A stretch of 32,000 nt of DNA from the NCBI GenBank assembly GCA_027460535.1, contig JAPZAR010000014.1, forward strand, positions 30,001 through 62,000, given 5' to 3'. This stretch comes from Candidatus Methanoperedens sp. Lineage in GTDB: Archaea > Halobacteriota > Methanosarcinia > Methanosarcinales > Methanoperedenaceae. Below the pieces are notes generated by a model that was given only the letters and a program-made list of their open reading frames with translations, was not told where the DNA came from and searched no databases. Positions within the stretch are counted from its first letter, which is position 1. The number at the start of each line of letters is the position of its first letter. Positions 1 through 9,196 of the stretch are shown piece by piece. The translations under genes and the position numbers were made by a program.

Positions 1-118
1 CGCTTAATAGGATAACAATAATAGGTATATCTAAACTCGCCAACTGGTTTATTTCAAACATCTTTTCAACACTATATTTTCATCATTACTATATATAAAG
101 TGTTACATTCATGTAATC

Positions 119-1045
119 TCATATCACAAAACCCGTCTCTGACTTCGGCAGCGCCTTTATTAAAATAAAGTTCCTCATCTTCGAGGGAAGCACCTTCGCC
201 ACCTCCTTCATGGTCACCCCTTCCACGAACCTGATATTCTCGACCTGTTCATGGTATTCTTCATAAGGTAATTTCACCCGTACGCCGTTCATCTGCAATG
301 TAATAGGCAGGGGATGCAGGCTGTCGATGATCTCAGGTACCTGCTCCTCGATCTCTTTCTTGATGCGCTGCGGCGCTACGGAAGGAGGGTCCTTTGCAAG
401 TTCCTTTCGCACATTATCGAATACTCCACCGATAACATCGGCAAGCTTATCCAGCGTCCGCAGTTCCTCGGCGTGGCGCATGTGATGCAGGATCCTCCCG
501 AAGCTTCCCACATACGCAGTGGCGTTCGGGACATCCTCAGTTCGAAGTTCAGGCGCACCGGTGACTATGATCGGAATTTCTATCCCTTCATAAAGTCTCT
601 TTGATTTTTCAATGATGCAATGTTCATAATTTCCAAGGATGAACACAGCAAGGTCATGCTCGTTAATGAGATCCCTCTCGTAAGCAGAAAGCTGGCATAT
701 CCTCTTCCCCACTCCCCGCGCAAGCCCGACCATGTTTGTCTTGGCACCTTTCTTCCGCAGGAATTCCGCTACATCGCAGTCAAGGTGAGGCAGATGGTGA
801 TATGCAAGTGTTGGCGCCACTGTTGCGATTTCAGTCCCTGTGAGAGGAGCACGCGATATCTTGCCCAGGAGCTCCTTTGCCTTTTTCTCAACAATGTCCA
901 TGTCATTGATGGGGACAAGCATCAGCAGCACCACATCGGTCTGCATGATGTTCTTTTGAAGAATGTAACCCCCAAGATCTTCCACAAGCTCAATAATGTG
1001 ATTATGTTTGTACACGCCGCCCTCGTACATCACGGGTTCAAACAT
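119..1045 (-). CDS. mmp7: methanogenesis marker protein 7 (Mmp7)
   Basis: About 308-316 aa. Sequence (MFEPVMYEGGVYKHN...IPIIVTGAPEL...), size and position as the last gene of the atwA-mmp string fit the marker-7 family, recognised from memory. The ORF-track start at 1069 is TTG. The first ATG at 1045 has AGGAG 8 nt upstream and overlaps the mmp17 stop (ATGTTTGA), so 1045 is preferred. Confidence 0.75.
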   Translation of the reverse strand: MFEPVMYEGGVYKHNHIIELVEDLGGYILQKNIMQTDVVLLMLVPINDMDIVEKKAKELLGKISRAPLTGTEIATVAPTLAYHHLPHLDCDVAEFLRKKGAKTNMVGLARGVGKRICQLSAYERDLINEHDLAVFILGNYEHCIIEKSKRLYEGIEIPIIVTGAPELRTEDVPNATAYVGSFGRILHHMRHAEELRTLDKLADVIGGVFDNVRKELAKDPPSVAPQRIKKEIEEQVPEIIDSLHPLPITLQMNGVRVKLPYEEYHEQVENIRFVEGVTMKEVAKVLPSKMRNFILIKALPKSETGFVI

Positions 1046-1640
1046 TTTCTGCACTCCTGAGGGATTCAAGCATCTCTCTTGCCTTTGCTATCCATTCGGG
1101 TTTAATCGTGTCCTCCGAGGCTACGAAAAGAACATGCGAGGTTGAAAGCTCATGTTTTCGCACCCTGAAACCTTCGGGTATAATGCGAAGAGCTATCGCA
1201 TCTATCAAACGGTCAAGCACTTCCTGCCGCGGCTCCTCGATAACGAATTCCTGCAGGAAATCAATTTCCTTCAAAGGGTCGGTCTTAACAATTATGATTT
1301 TCTTATCAGGCTGTACTATATTCTCCTTGCCATACCTTTCCCAGAGTTTATTGAGGAGTTTCACGGTGAAAGCTTCTCTTTGCAGTTCTATCTTCACTTC
1401 ATCCTTGCCAAGCGAACCCATCTCCACCTTGGCAAAATCTTTGAGCCGGATCGCAGGCGTACCGAGGCGCAGGATGGCAGTAAAAATAAAAACCGGCTCG
1501 ACGGGGTCAACGAATACTTTCATCCTCCCTATGACTCTATTAAGGGATAGGTCCGCCAGGGAATCCATTATGAGGATCTTGGTTGTCTTCGCTCCTACTG
1601 CATCAGGGGATTCTACCACATATGTTTCAAGCTGTTCCAT
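1038..1640 (-). CDS. mmp17: methanogenesis marker protein 17 (Mmp17)
   Basis: 200 aa with an ATG start, 7 nt downstream of the mmp15 stop. The call rests on size and conserved gene order between marker 15 and marker 7. No independent catalytic motif was seen. Confidence 0.65.
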   Translation of the reverse strand: MEQLETYVVESPDAVGAKTTKILIMDSLADLSLNRVIGRMKVFVDPVEPVFIFTAILRLGTPAIRLKDFAKVEMGSLGKDEVKIELQREAFTVKLLNKLWERYGKENIVQPDKKIIIVKTDPLKEIDFLQEFVIEEPRQEVLDRLIDAIALRIIPEGFRVRKHELSTSHVLFVASEDTIKPEWIAKAREMLESLRSAENV

Positions 1641-1647
1641 TACACCC

Positions 1648-2997
1648 TCATTTTGAAATGAATCCTGATACCAGCAAAGCCGCCCCGACCGCGCCTATGT
1701 ATTGTGCATTATCGGGAACTATGACCTTTACTTTGAGCAATTCCTCAACAGCTTTGGGAAGTCCCTCAATAAGTGACGTTCCACCCACCATTATTACAGG
1801 TTCTTTGACATCGATCTCCTGAAGCTGCTGCTCGAATAACTGTTCTGCCACGCTATGGCAGGCTGCGGCGGCAACATCCTCGGGTTTGCTCCCCGCTGCC
1901 AGTGAATTTACAAGGGACTGGATACCGAAAACTATACAGTAGCTATTCATTTTGACATTGTGGGCATTTCCTTTGACCGCGAGGGCGCCAAGCTCTGTGA
2001 TGCCCACCCCGAGCCTTTTCGCGGTCATCTCGAGAAATCGTCCCGATGCGCCCGCACATATGCCTCCCATCGTGAACATCCCGGGTATGCCGTCTATTAC
2101 AGATATGGCTTTATTGTCCATGCCCCCTATATCAAGCACGGTCGCAGTTCCCTTTTGTTTATCGGCAAGATACACGGCTCCCTTAGAGTTGACCGTGATC
2201 TCTTCCTGGACAAGGTCTGCCTTGAAATGCTCACCCAGAAGGAACCTTCCGTATCCGGTCGTGCCGAGGGCCTGGATCTCTTCCCTACTGACCCCGGCCT
2301 CTTTCAAAGCATTGCCATAGGCTTCTTCAGCACTTTCAAGCACTTTGATCGTTGGCACCCATCCTTTGCCGATTATCTTGTTGTCCCGCATGATAACGGC
2401 TTTCGTGGTAGTTGAGCCTGAATCTATACCTGCTGTCAACCCGCTCTGCTTTTCTCGCGCAAGAAGGCTTTTGCGTCTGGCCGTGGTGGTAAGAGCCTCC
2501 ATTCTTGTGAGAAGCGTCCCGGCCGTTGTCCTCTCCGTGAAGGAATAGCTTATGACCGGAATACCCGTTTGTTCATGAATATACCGGCGTACCTCGCTCC
2601 TCACGATCGCGGCCTCGGCACATCTGAAGCACGTTGCAACGAAAACAGCATCAACGTGCACTTTCCCGGTGACGATGGATTTTGCCCTTGCCATCATCAG
2701 CTTCAGGTCAGGACTTGCGACTTTGAGCCCGAATTCCTCTTCTATCGACTCAATATCAGAAATATCCACTTCCGGATAAACCATTACAGCATTGACCTGC
2801 TTCACGGCAGATTCTATCTCTTTCTGTATACCGCTGTACTCCACGCCGCACGAAAGCTCTGCTATCCTTACAGGATTTTCCGATGCGCTTAATTTTCTTA
2901 CCGCGGTGATCTGCACGGGATCTGGTTCTATCTCTTTTTCTCTTCCGCCGCATTCAGCACCGCACGAGGCAACCATTGGATTATTAATCATATTCAT
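1648..2997 (-). CDS. mmp15: methanogenesis marker protein 15 (Mmp15), BadF/BadG/BcrA/BcrD-type ATPase fold
   Basis: 449 aa. [14 protein letters not shown] and [11 protein letters not shown] phosphate-binding motifs are typical of the ASKHA/BcrAD ATPase family. The N-terminal half is Cys-containing. The start overlaps the mmp5 stop by 4 nt (ATGA). Confidence 0.75.
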   Translation of the reverse strand: MNMINNPMVASCGAECGGREKEIEPDPVQITAVRKLSASENPVRIAELSCGVEYSGIQKEIESAVKQVNAVMVYPEVDISDIESIEEEFGLKVASPDLKLMMARAKSIVTGKVHVDAVFVATCFRCAEAAIVRSEVRRYIHEQTGIPVISYSFTERTTAGTLLTRMEALTTTARRKSLLAREKQSGLTAGIDSGSTTTKAVIMRDNKIIGKGWVPTIKVLESAEEAYGNALKEAGVSREEIQALGTTGYGRFLLGEHFKADLVQEEITVNSKGAVYLADKQKGTATVLDIGGMDNKAISVIDGIPGMFTMGGICAGASGRFLEMTAKRLGVGITELGALAVKGNAHNVKMNSYCIVFGIQSLVNSLAAGSKPEDVAAAACHSVAEQLFEQQLQEIDVKEPVIMVGGTSLIEGLPKAVEELLKVKVIVPDNAQYIGAVGAALLVSGFISK

Positions 2998-3446
2998 TTC
3001 TTTTCCTCCGTCGGTTTAAGGGATTTCAGGAATTCGGCTATCTTGAACACGAATTCCTTTGCATCTTCCTCGGATACTGGATAATCCAATTCTAGCATTG
3101 GTATTTTCTTAGAACGTATCAGGAAATTCACGAGTTCGTTCGTCCTTGCGCATCCCATGCAGCCGAACGATATTACCGGTTCGCGCACTACGATCGCTGC
3201 ATCCGCATTCTGGATGAGCGGGTCGAATAACGACATTCTTCCTCTCACTCCCGAAGGTACCTCCACAGCGGCATATTTAAGGCCGAGTTTTGGATCTTCA
3301 GGCGTGATGTTAATAGGAGGAGAATCAAGAGACTGCGTTCTTACTTTCTTCCCGATTTCCTGCATTATAGCTAGCGGTTCATGGCCGAAGCGCTCCACAA
3401 GGTCAGAAAGGATAAGACTGTTAGTCGGGTAAATGAAGATCTTCAT
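2994..3446 (-). CDS. mmp5: methanogenesis marker protein 5 (Mmp5)
   Basis: 150 aa, with ATGA overlaps at both ends (to mmp6 and mmp15). Size and gene order fit the marker-5 family. Confidence 0.65.
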   Translation of the reverse strand: MKIFIYPTNSLILSDLVERFGHEPLAIMQEIGKKVRTQSLDSPPINITPEDPKLGLKYAAVEVPSGVRGRMSLFDPLIQNADAAIVVREPVISFGCMGCARTNELVNFLIRSKKIPMLELDYPVSEEDAKEFVFKIAEFLKSLKPTEEKK

Positions 3447-3871
3447 GGGCTTACCTCTGTTTCTTTTATTATTTCTTTAAATCTCTCAATATCAAGTTTT
3501 TTCTTTCTCGTTTTTTGTTTGGGAATCTCACCTCTATCCAGCGCCATCAGTGCCCGGGCTATATGGGGTAATAATTTGTTCTCTGTCTCGATGGTGTGGA
3601 ATCCCGGCCTTGCCCCGCCTCGCCTCGTGGCCCTACAGCGGTAAGGTTCACCCGGGGCTAAACCACGCTCTTTTATGAATATGCCGTATGGATCCATCCT
3701 GCGAATCTCAGCGAGGAGCTTCTCTACGACGGCGCGTTCCCCCGAGACTATCACCCCAAAACAGGTTTCTTTTATCATCACATCGGCATTGGATTCGTAA
3801 AGCTTTACAACCACATCGCTTGGCAGCACTTTCTGGGAATTGATCACTACCATTTTCGTAAGGGTATCCAT
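3443..3871 (-). CDS. mmp6: methanogenesis marker protein 6 (Mmp6)
   Basis: 142 aa. The start overlaps the mmp3 stop by 1 nt (TAATG). Size and gene order fit the marker-6 family. Confidence 0.65.
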   Translation of the reverse strand: MDTLTKMVVINSQKVLPSDVVVKLYESNADVMIKETCFGVIVSGERAVVEKLLAEIRRMDPYGIFIKERGLAPGEPYRCRATRRGGARPGFHTIETENKLLPHIARALMALDRGEIPKQKTRKKKLDIERFKEIIKETEVSP

Positions 3872-5388
3872 TATGAAACCTCTCTTATGTAAACAACATC
3901 TCCCACTTTGATTTCTTTGAGCCGGTTGGGATCGGTTACTTTTCCTATGATATTCGTACTTTCGAACTTCTCACCTGTCGGACCATACCTTTCATCATCG
4001 GTAAGCTTAACACCAATCATGCCGTAACGCTTCGCCGCCTGATTGGTTACAGCTATTTCCCCTGCAGCGACTTTACTCTTTGGAGTATTCTCGGGATTTA
4101 TTTCCTTATATGCTTCTGCCTCTTTTTCAGCCCTGAAAAGATATGTGTTTTCATAAGTGTAGAACACAGGCAGCGGACCGAGGGGTCGGTCTTTGAGGCG
4201 GAGGGAGTGCCTGAAGAAGTCAAGGGTTATGGGCGCAAGGTCATCGTATAATTTGACATCTATTATCTTATCTGATTTTACTCCAAGACATGTGACCATA
4301 CCTTCTTTCATGATCTCTATTGTGGTATCTGGGTCCTGTTCAACAATGATGGCATCCTCGCCCATATATCCTCTTTTTTCAAGCTTCAGTCCCCTTGCAT
4401 TCAGCAGTTTCTCCGCGACATCAAAGCTCATTCCCTGTACCATTACTCGATCGGGATTGGAAACCACAGCAAGCTTGCTGCCCTCAGGCGCAATTTTGAG
4501 GAGTTCGATCCCATGGGAGACATGTCCAACCACGCTATGGACGGCGCTTGACGTCCGGTCCTCTTTGTATATGTATACGCGGCCGTTCCCCAGTCCGTCT
4601 GTGCGCACCACCACGGCACCTTCAGAACGCGCATCCCAGTGTTCATAGGGGCATCCTTCTCCTTTGAGCATATTATCTGAAATGAATGAATTTGAGAAGG
4701 TATCAACCCGGAATATCTTTTTTCTTATAAGTGCCAGGAAATGCTCAGCACCTTCAGGGGATTCATTTATCAGGTCTACTTTAAAATAGGTAAAGATTTT
4801 CATCCCATCTTCGACTCCTGTATCGAGGTCAGAAGTGGATATCTTGTTAAGGAGCGTTTCCCATTTTATGACAGGTTCTATTCTTGATAGGATGTCTCCC
4901 TGCTTGAGTTGTGCAAGAACATTCTTACCGCTTATGACCTTACCCATAACAGCATCCCTGGGACTTCCATAATCGGATATGTGCTTATCTTTTGCAAACA
5001 TCAGATAGGAATTCCTGGCATCATACCCGCCTGTCCCACAGAATACGTCATAACGGTTGAATTTTTTCTCTACTCTCTCGATTAAGATATCTGTTTCTAC
5101 AGGTCCAAAAGCGATCGAGTTATGGGTCTCCCAGTGTGCTTTCATGTCAACAAGAAGATGACTGAACTTATTCCACAAAGCTTGATCACCGACAAGTTCA
5201 ATCCTTAACTCCCCTTTTGAGGTGAATATCTTGTATTCTGAGGTTGCTTCCTCCTTTTTCTCACCCACTTTCAGGATGCCAATGGTTGTGCCCGGGATGT
5301 GGAATGATTTAGTTAGATCTAAGACATCCTTCAGTTTTGAACCTTCTTTAGCTTCAAATTTTTCTCCATTAACCTCTATTGAGATCAC
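3871..5388 (-). CDS. mmp3: methanogenesis marker protein 3 (Mmp3)
   Basis: 505 aa, immediately downstream (24 nt) of atwA. Size and gene order fit the marker-3 family. Confidence 0.7.
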   Translation of the reverse strand: MISIEVNGEKFEAKEGSKLKDVLDLTKSFHIPGTTIGILKVGEKKEEATSEYKIFTSKGELRIELVGDQALWNKFSHLLVDMKAHWETHNSIAFGPVETDILIERVEKKFNRYDVFCGTGGYDARNSYLMFAKDKHISDYGSPRDAVMGKVISGKNVLAQLKQGDILSRIEPVIKWETLLNKISTSDLDTGVEDGMKIFTYFKVDLINESPEGAEHFLALIRKKIFRVDTFSNSFISDNMLKGEGCPYEHWDARSEGAVVVRTDGLGNGRVYIYKEDRTSSAVHSVVGHVSHGIELLKIAPEGSKLAVVSNPDRVMVQGMSFDVAEKLLNARGLKLEKRGYMGEDAIIVEQDPDTTIEIMKEGMVTCLGVKSDKIIDVKLYDDLAPITLDFFRHSLRLKDRPLGPLPVFYTYENTYLFRAEKEAEAYKEINPENTPKSKVAAGEIAVTNQAAKRYGMIGVKLTDDERYGPTGEKFESTNIIGKVTDPNRLKEIKVGDVVYIREVS

Positions 5389-5412
5389 GTATCACCTATA
5401 ATTTCAGCGGGT

Positions 5413-7041
5413 TCATTTTAATTCTTTGACTATCCCTTCAAGGGCTTCTTCCCTCTCTTTCTCGGATAGTTTTGATAAAACAGCATCCGTCTCCCCGATG
5501 TCAATTATCTTGCCCAGGCGCATCAATGCAGCCCTGTCGCAAACCTGAGCGACAAAATCCATATCATGTGATACTATGATAAAAGTCTCCCCGAGTTCTT
5601 TTCTGGCTTGAAGGATGGATTTCGCAACTTCTATCTTCGTTACGGGATCCATTGTCCCTGTGGGCTCATCAAAAACAAGGATCCTGGGCTCTTTGATAAG
5701 GACCTGGGCCATCGCGACCCTGTGCCTTTCACCTTCGCTTAATTCATCAGGCATTTTGGTGAGAACTTCCTTTGCCTTTTTCTCCGTGAAACCAGCGGTC
5801 AACATTGTCTGGATCGCTTTTCGCTCACCCAATTCAAAAGGCAGATCAAGACCTATGGATTCTGTCAGGTTATTGAGCACGTTCCTGTGGGGATAAAGAC
5901 TGTATTCTTGATGTAATATTCCAATATATTTGGTAGCCCTTCCCTTCTTGTCCGGCCCAAGCTGCGTGAGGTCGATCCATTCGTCCCCTATTCTGACTTC
6001 GATTGAACCTGACGTAGGGCGCAATAATCCGGAGATGATCTTGGAAGTTGTGGTCTTGCCTGCTCCACTGACTCCGATTAACCCGAATATTTCACCCTCA
6101 TTTACATCGAAACCTATGTCATTGACCGCCCGGACAATGCCCCTGTCAAGAGAGAAATACGTCATTTTCAGTTCGCGTGCCCGAATTATGGGTTTTCCTA
6201 TCTCAACTTTTTCCTGGTCACCCACGTCTCCAACTTCTTTCATGAATTCCGCAGCGACATCATGCGGGTCACCGATCTTTAGAATCTTTCCTTCATCAAG
6301 CCAGAGAGCCCTGTGTGAAAGTTCTTCGATAACCTTGGGCCAATGGGAGGTTATGATAAGTGACATCTGGAAATTCTTGGTGGCATTTAAAATTGTTTCA
6401 TGGACCAGGTCCGCGGTTTTTGGGTCAAGTGTTCCTGTGGGTTCGTCCGCGAGTAACAAAATCGGGTTCTTAACAAGCTGTCTTGCAAGAACCACCCGCT
6501 GTTTTTCTCCACCAGAAAGTTCTCTTGCGATATGCATCATCCTGTTGGAAAGATTGACCTGGTCGAGCAGATCTGCGGCTTTGTTTATTGCATTCGGTCC
6601 CATCTCATCAATTTCCTGAAGAGCGTTCATGACATTCACAATAACCCTCTCATCGCCGTACAGCGCAAAAGTCCTCTGGAGCATGATTGCGATCCTTCTG
6701 GTAATTTCCCTTCTGATCGGGTCATGGATATCCATTTTTATGAAATCTGCATCGAATTTCTCAAGGCGCTCATTACATCTCGGACAGGCAGTCCCTGCTT
6801 TACTTGGGCGGTCAATGAATCCGCATGCGTTACAGCGGGAAAGATGGTATATCACGCTTCCCGTTACATCGTCAAAGGCTTCCACACCTCTGAGGACATG
6901 CATGAGAATGGATTTTCCTGCGCTGCTTTTCCCCAATATCCCAAGTATTTCTCCTTCATTGACTTCGAGGTTTATATTTTTGAGCACGTCAATTCCATCA
7001 AAGCCTACACGAAGGTCTTTAATTTCAATAAATAGCGTCAT
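5413..7041 (-). CDS. atwA: methyl-coenzyme M reductase system component A2 (double ABC ATPase)
   Basis: 542 aa with two ABC cassettes. Walker A motifs are GKSSAGKS and GVSGAGKTT. ABC signature motifs are LSGGEKQR and LSEGERHR. Walker B motifs are LLLADEPTG and ILVFDEPTG. A Cys-rich insert (CNACG...CPRCN) sits in the first cassette, as in A2 proteins. GGAGAA lies 7 nt upstream of the ATG. Confidence 0.9.
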   Translation of the reverse strand: MTLFIEIKDLRVGFDGIDVLKNINLEVNEGEILGILGKSSAGKSILMHVLRGVEAFDDVTGSVIYHLSRCNACGFIDRPSKAGTACPRCNERLEKFDADFIKMDIHDPIRREITRRIAIMLQRTFALYGDERVIVNVMNALQEIDEMGPNAINKAADLLDQVNLSNRMMHIARELSGGEKQRVVLARQLVKNPILLLADEPTGTLDPKTADLVHETILNATKNFQMSLIITSHWPKVIEELSHRALWLDEGKILKIGDPHDVAAEFMKEVGDVGDQEKVEIGKPIIRARELKMTYFSLDRGIVRAVNDIGFDVNEGEIFGLIGVSGAGKTTTSKIISGLLRPTSGSIEVRIGDEWIDLTQLGPDKKGRATKYIGILHQEYSLYPHRNVLNNLTESIGLDLPFELGERKAIQTMLTAGFTEKKAKEVLTKMPDELSEGERHRVAMAQVLIKEPRILVFDEPTGTMDPVTKIEVAKSILQARKELGETFIIVSHDMDFVAQVCDRAALMRLGKIIDIGETDAVLSKLSEKEREEALEGIVKELK

Positions 7042-7084
7042 ATTTGTTCTCCATGGTCACTTATCCGCATCATTAATTCATATT

Positions 7085-7099
7085 ATTATAAATTTTTGC
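7085..7099 (-). promoter_or_regulatory. candidate archaeal BRE/TATA box for the atwA-mmp operon
   Basis: The minus strand reads GCAAAAATTTATAAT about 45 nt upstream of the atwA ATG. This is a purine-rich BRE-like stretch followed by TTTATAAT. The call is by pattern only. Confidence 0.3.
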
Positions 7100-7318
7100 T
7101 TTCTGACGGCGAAACGTTACAAATCATCTAATCCTGAAGATTAAATACGCAGGCAATTTCTAATCTGACCGTTCCTGCGGCGATTTAAAATAGATGCGGC
7201 AGTACATAAATATAACGATAATACATTACATTATAAACAAATAAAGTTTATAATAATTACCCGGAGGAGCAATAATTCTTTATATTCTTTACATCTATTA
7301 CAGGCGTGAGGTATTCTA

Positions 7319-8170
7319 TTGAACATTATTGGTGGCCATGCATCCCAATTGCTTGCGGGACGAGTCTCTGATGCATTAAAATCTAATCTGCTGGTATGCG
7401 AATTCAGGAAATTTCCAGATGGGGAATTGTATACACGAATTTTAGATGAAATAGGCACGGATGATGTTACCATAATCCAGAGCACGGTTACCGATTCGGA
7501 TTTTGTAATGCTGCTACAGCTTATAGACGCATGCAGTGACGCAGCAAGGATCAATGTGGTTATCCCTTACATGGGCTATGCGCGCCAGGATAAACGCTTC
7601 AAGGAAGGCGAGCCGATAAGCGCCCGCGCAATCGCGCGAGCTATTAACGTGGATAATATCTACACCATCAATATACATGATCCGGGTATTCTTGATCACT
7701 TTGACGCAAAAGCCGTGAACCTTGATGCGACGCCTGTTATGGGCAAATATATAAAAAATATGGATCTGAAAAATCCCCTGATAATCGCCCCGGATGAAGG
7801 TGCCATCGGACTTGCAACAAACGCAGCAAGAGATCTGGGTCTGGACTATGATTTTCTGGAAAAGACGCGTTTGAGCGGGGAACTTGTAACTATCAAGCCA
7901 AAGAATGTGGCGGTCAAAGGAAGGGATGTTATCATTATCGACGATATCATATCGACCGCAGGTACCATGGCAGAAACGATATCACTTTTGCGGAACCAGG
8001 GGGCCCATGAGGTCTATGTTGCATGCGTGCATCCTGTTCTCTCAAGCAATGCCATCCTGAAATTGTTCAAAGCCGGGGTGAAGGGAATAATGGCGACGGA
8101 TACCATTGATCGAGGCGTGAGTGTTATCAGCGTTGCTCCTGTCGTGGCAGAAGCCATAAAAAATATTTAA
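7319..8170 (+). CDS. prs: ribose-phosphate pyrophosphokinase (PRPP synthetase)
   Basis: 283 aa. The N-terminus NIIGGHASQLLAGRVS, the YARQDKRF motif and the PRPP-binding loop VIIIDDIISTAGT are all present. The start codon is TTG; there is no in-frame ATG nearby. Confidence 0.9.
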   Translation: MNIIGGHASQLLAGRVSDALKSNLLVCEFRKFPDGELYTRILDEIGTDDVTIIQSTVTDSDFVMLLQLIDACSDAARINVVIPYMGYARQDKRFKEGEPISARAIARAINVDNIYTINIHDPGILDHFDAKAVNLDATPVMGKYIKNMDLKNPLIIAPDEGAIGLATNAARDLGLDYDFLEKTRLSGELVTIKPKNVAVKGRDVIIIDDIISTAGTMAETISLLRNQGAHEVYVACVHPVLSSNAILKLFKAGVKGIMATDTIDRGVSVISVAPVVAEAIKNI

Positions 8171-8189
8171 AAAAAATTTTAGATATTGA

Positions 8190-8600
8190 TTACTTAAGCA
8201 GGATCGAGAATGTATGTTTATGTTCTTCTTCCTCGGATAAAATCTCTTCAAATAACAACCGTGTCGTGAAATCCTCTTCACCATCTGCCACTTTGATGAT
8301 ATCGGTGTATAGTTCTATAGCTTCGTCCTCGGCCTTGAGGTCAAACTCGATCATCTCTTTCAGGGAATCGCCTACATTGATCGGCGTAGGTTTGGTCGTT
8401 GGAGTTCCGCCAAGATAGAAAAGTCGTTCGGCTATCTTCTCAGCGTGTTTCATCTCCACAACTGCTATATCCTCGAAAATATCCTTTATTTCAGGACTTT
8501 TCATGCCCATGGCCATGACATGCTGCCACATATACTGTATGCTTACTCCAATTTCTCTTGCAATCGCTTTATTTAATAACTCTAAAAGTTCTTCTGCCAC
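8190..8600 (-). CDS. ferritin-like diiron protein (bacterioferritin family)
   Basis: 136 aa and predicted all-helical. It has paired ExxH motifs (VEMKHAEK and EEEHKH) plus intervening Glu residues, typical of ferritin/Bfr diiron sites. Confidence 0.7.
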   Translation of the reverse strand: MAEELLELLNKAIAREIGVSIQYMWQHVMAMGMKSPEIKDIFEDIAVVEMKHAEKIAERLFYLGGTPTTKPTPINVGDSLKEMIEFDLKAEDEAIELYTDIIKVADGEEDFTTRLLFEEILSEEEEHKHTFSILLK

Positions 8601-8752
8601 TGTTTCACCTTTTAATAATTACTTTTATTCTGATATAAGCGTTGTGATTTTCGGTTTACAATAAATTTAAGTATATTAACTGCAAGTAGAGTAAAAAAAA
8701 TAATAAAATTCTGACTTACAGAATTGAGATTATCAAATTCAGGAGAAAAAGA

Positions 8753-9190
8753 ATGGCAGATTACAGAGTAGTTGTTTCGGATAGCAAGACCGCACAGGCG
8801 TACCAGATACCAGTCACAGGAACTGCGGCAAACAAATTCATTGGCAAGAATATCGGTGATACGGTTAGCGGGGACGCGCTAGGACTTGCGGGTTATACCA
8901 TCAAGCTGACGGGCGGAACTGACAAAGATGGTTTCCCTATGAGGGGAGATTTACCGGGACCAGCACGAAAGAAGATCCTTGTGGCCGGGGGCGTTGGTTA
9001 TCATCCAAAGGCAGACGGCGTGAGGAAAAGGAAAACCATGCGCGGACGGGAGATATCATCCGATACCGCCCAGATCAATGCCGTTGTTGTCGAATACGGC
9101 GAGAAACCATTGAGTGAGGTCTTCCCGAAGAAAGAAGGGGAAGAGAAAAAGGAAAAGGTAAAAGAAACTAAGAGGGGAAGCAAAAGATAG
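8753..9190 (+). CDS. rps6e: 30S ribosomal protein S6e
   Basis: 145 aa. GGTDKDGFPMRGDLPG and RKRKTMRG are characteristic of S6e. AGGAG lies 8 nt upstream of the ATG. The C-terminal tail is Lys/Glu-rich. Confidence 0.9.
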   Translation: MADYRVVVSDSKTAQAYQIPVTGTAANKFIGKNIGDTVSGDALGLAGYTIKLTGGTDKDGFPMRGDLPGPARKKILVAGGVGYHPKADGVRKRKTMRGREISSDTAQINAVVVEYGEKPLSEVFPKKEGEEKKEKVKETKRGSKR

Positions 9191-9196
9191 TATTCC

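Noticed and set aside
620-1656. Plus-strand ORFs of 146, 182 and 132 aa antisense to mmp7/mmp17.
   Set aside because: They are shadow ORFs opposite the operon genes, with compositionally odd translations and no start context.
5930-7144. Plus-strand ORFs of 229, 167 and 171 aa antisense to atwA.
   Set aside because: They are Ser/Pro-rich shadow ORFs opposite a confidently identified ABC ATPase gene, with no motifs or RBS.
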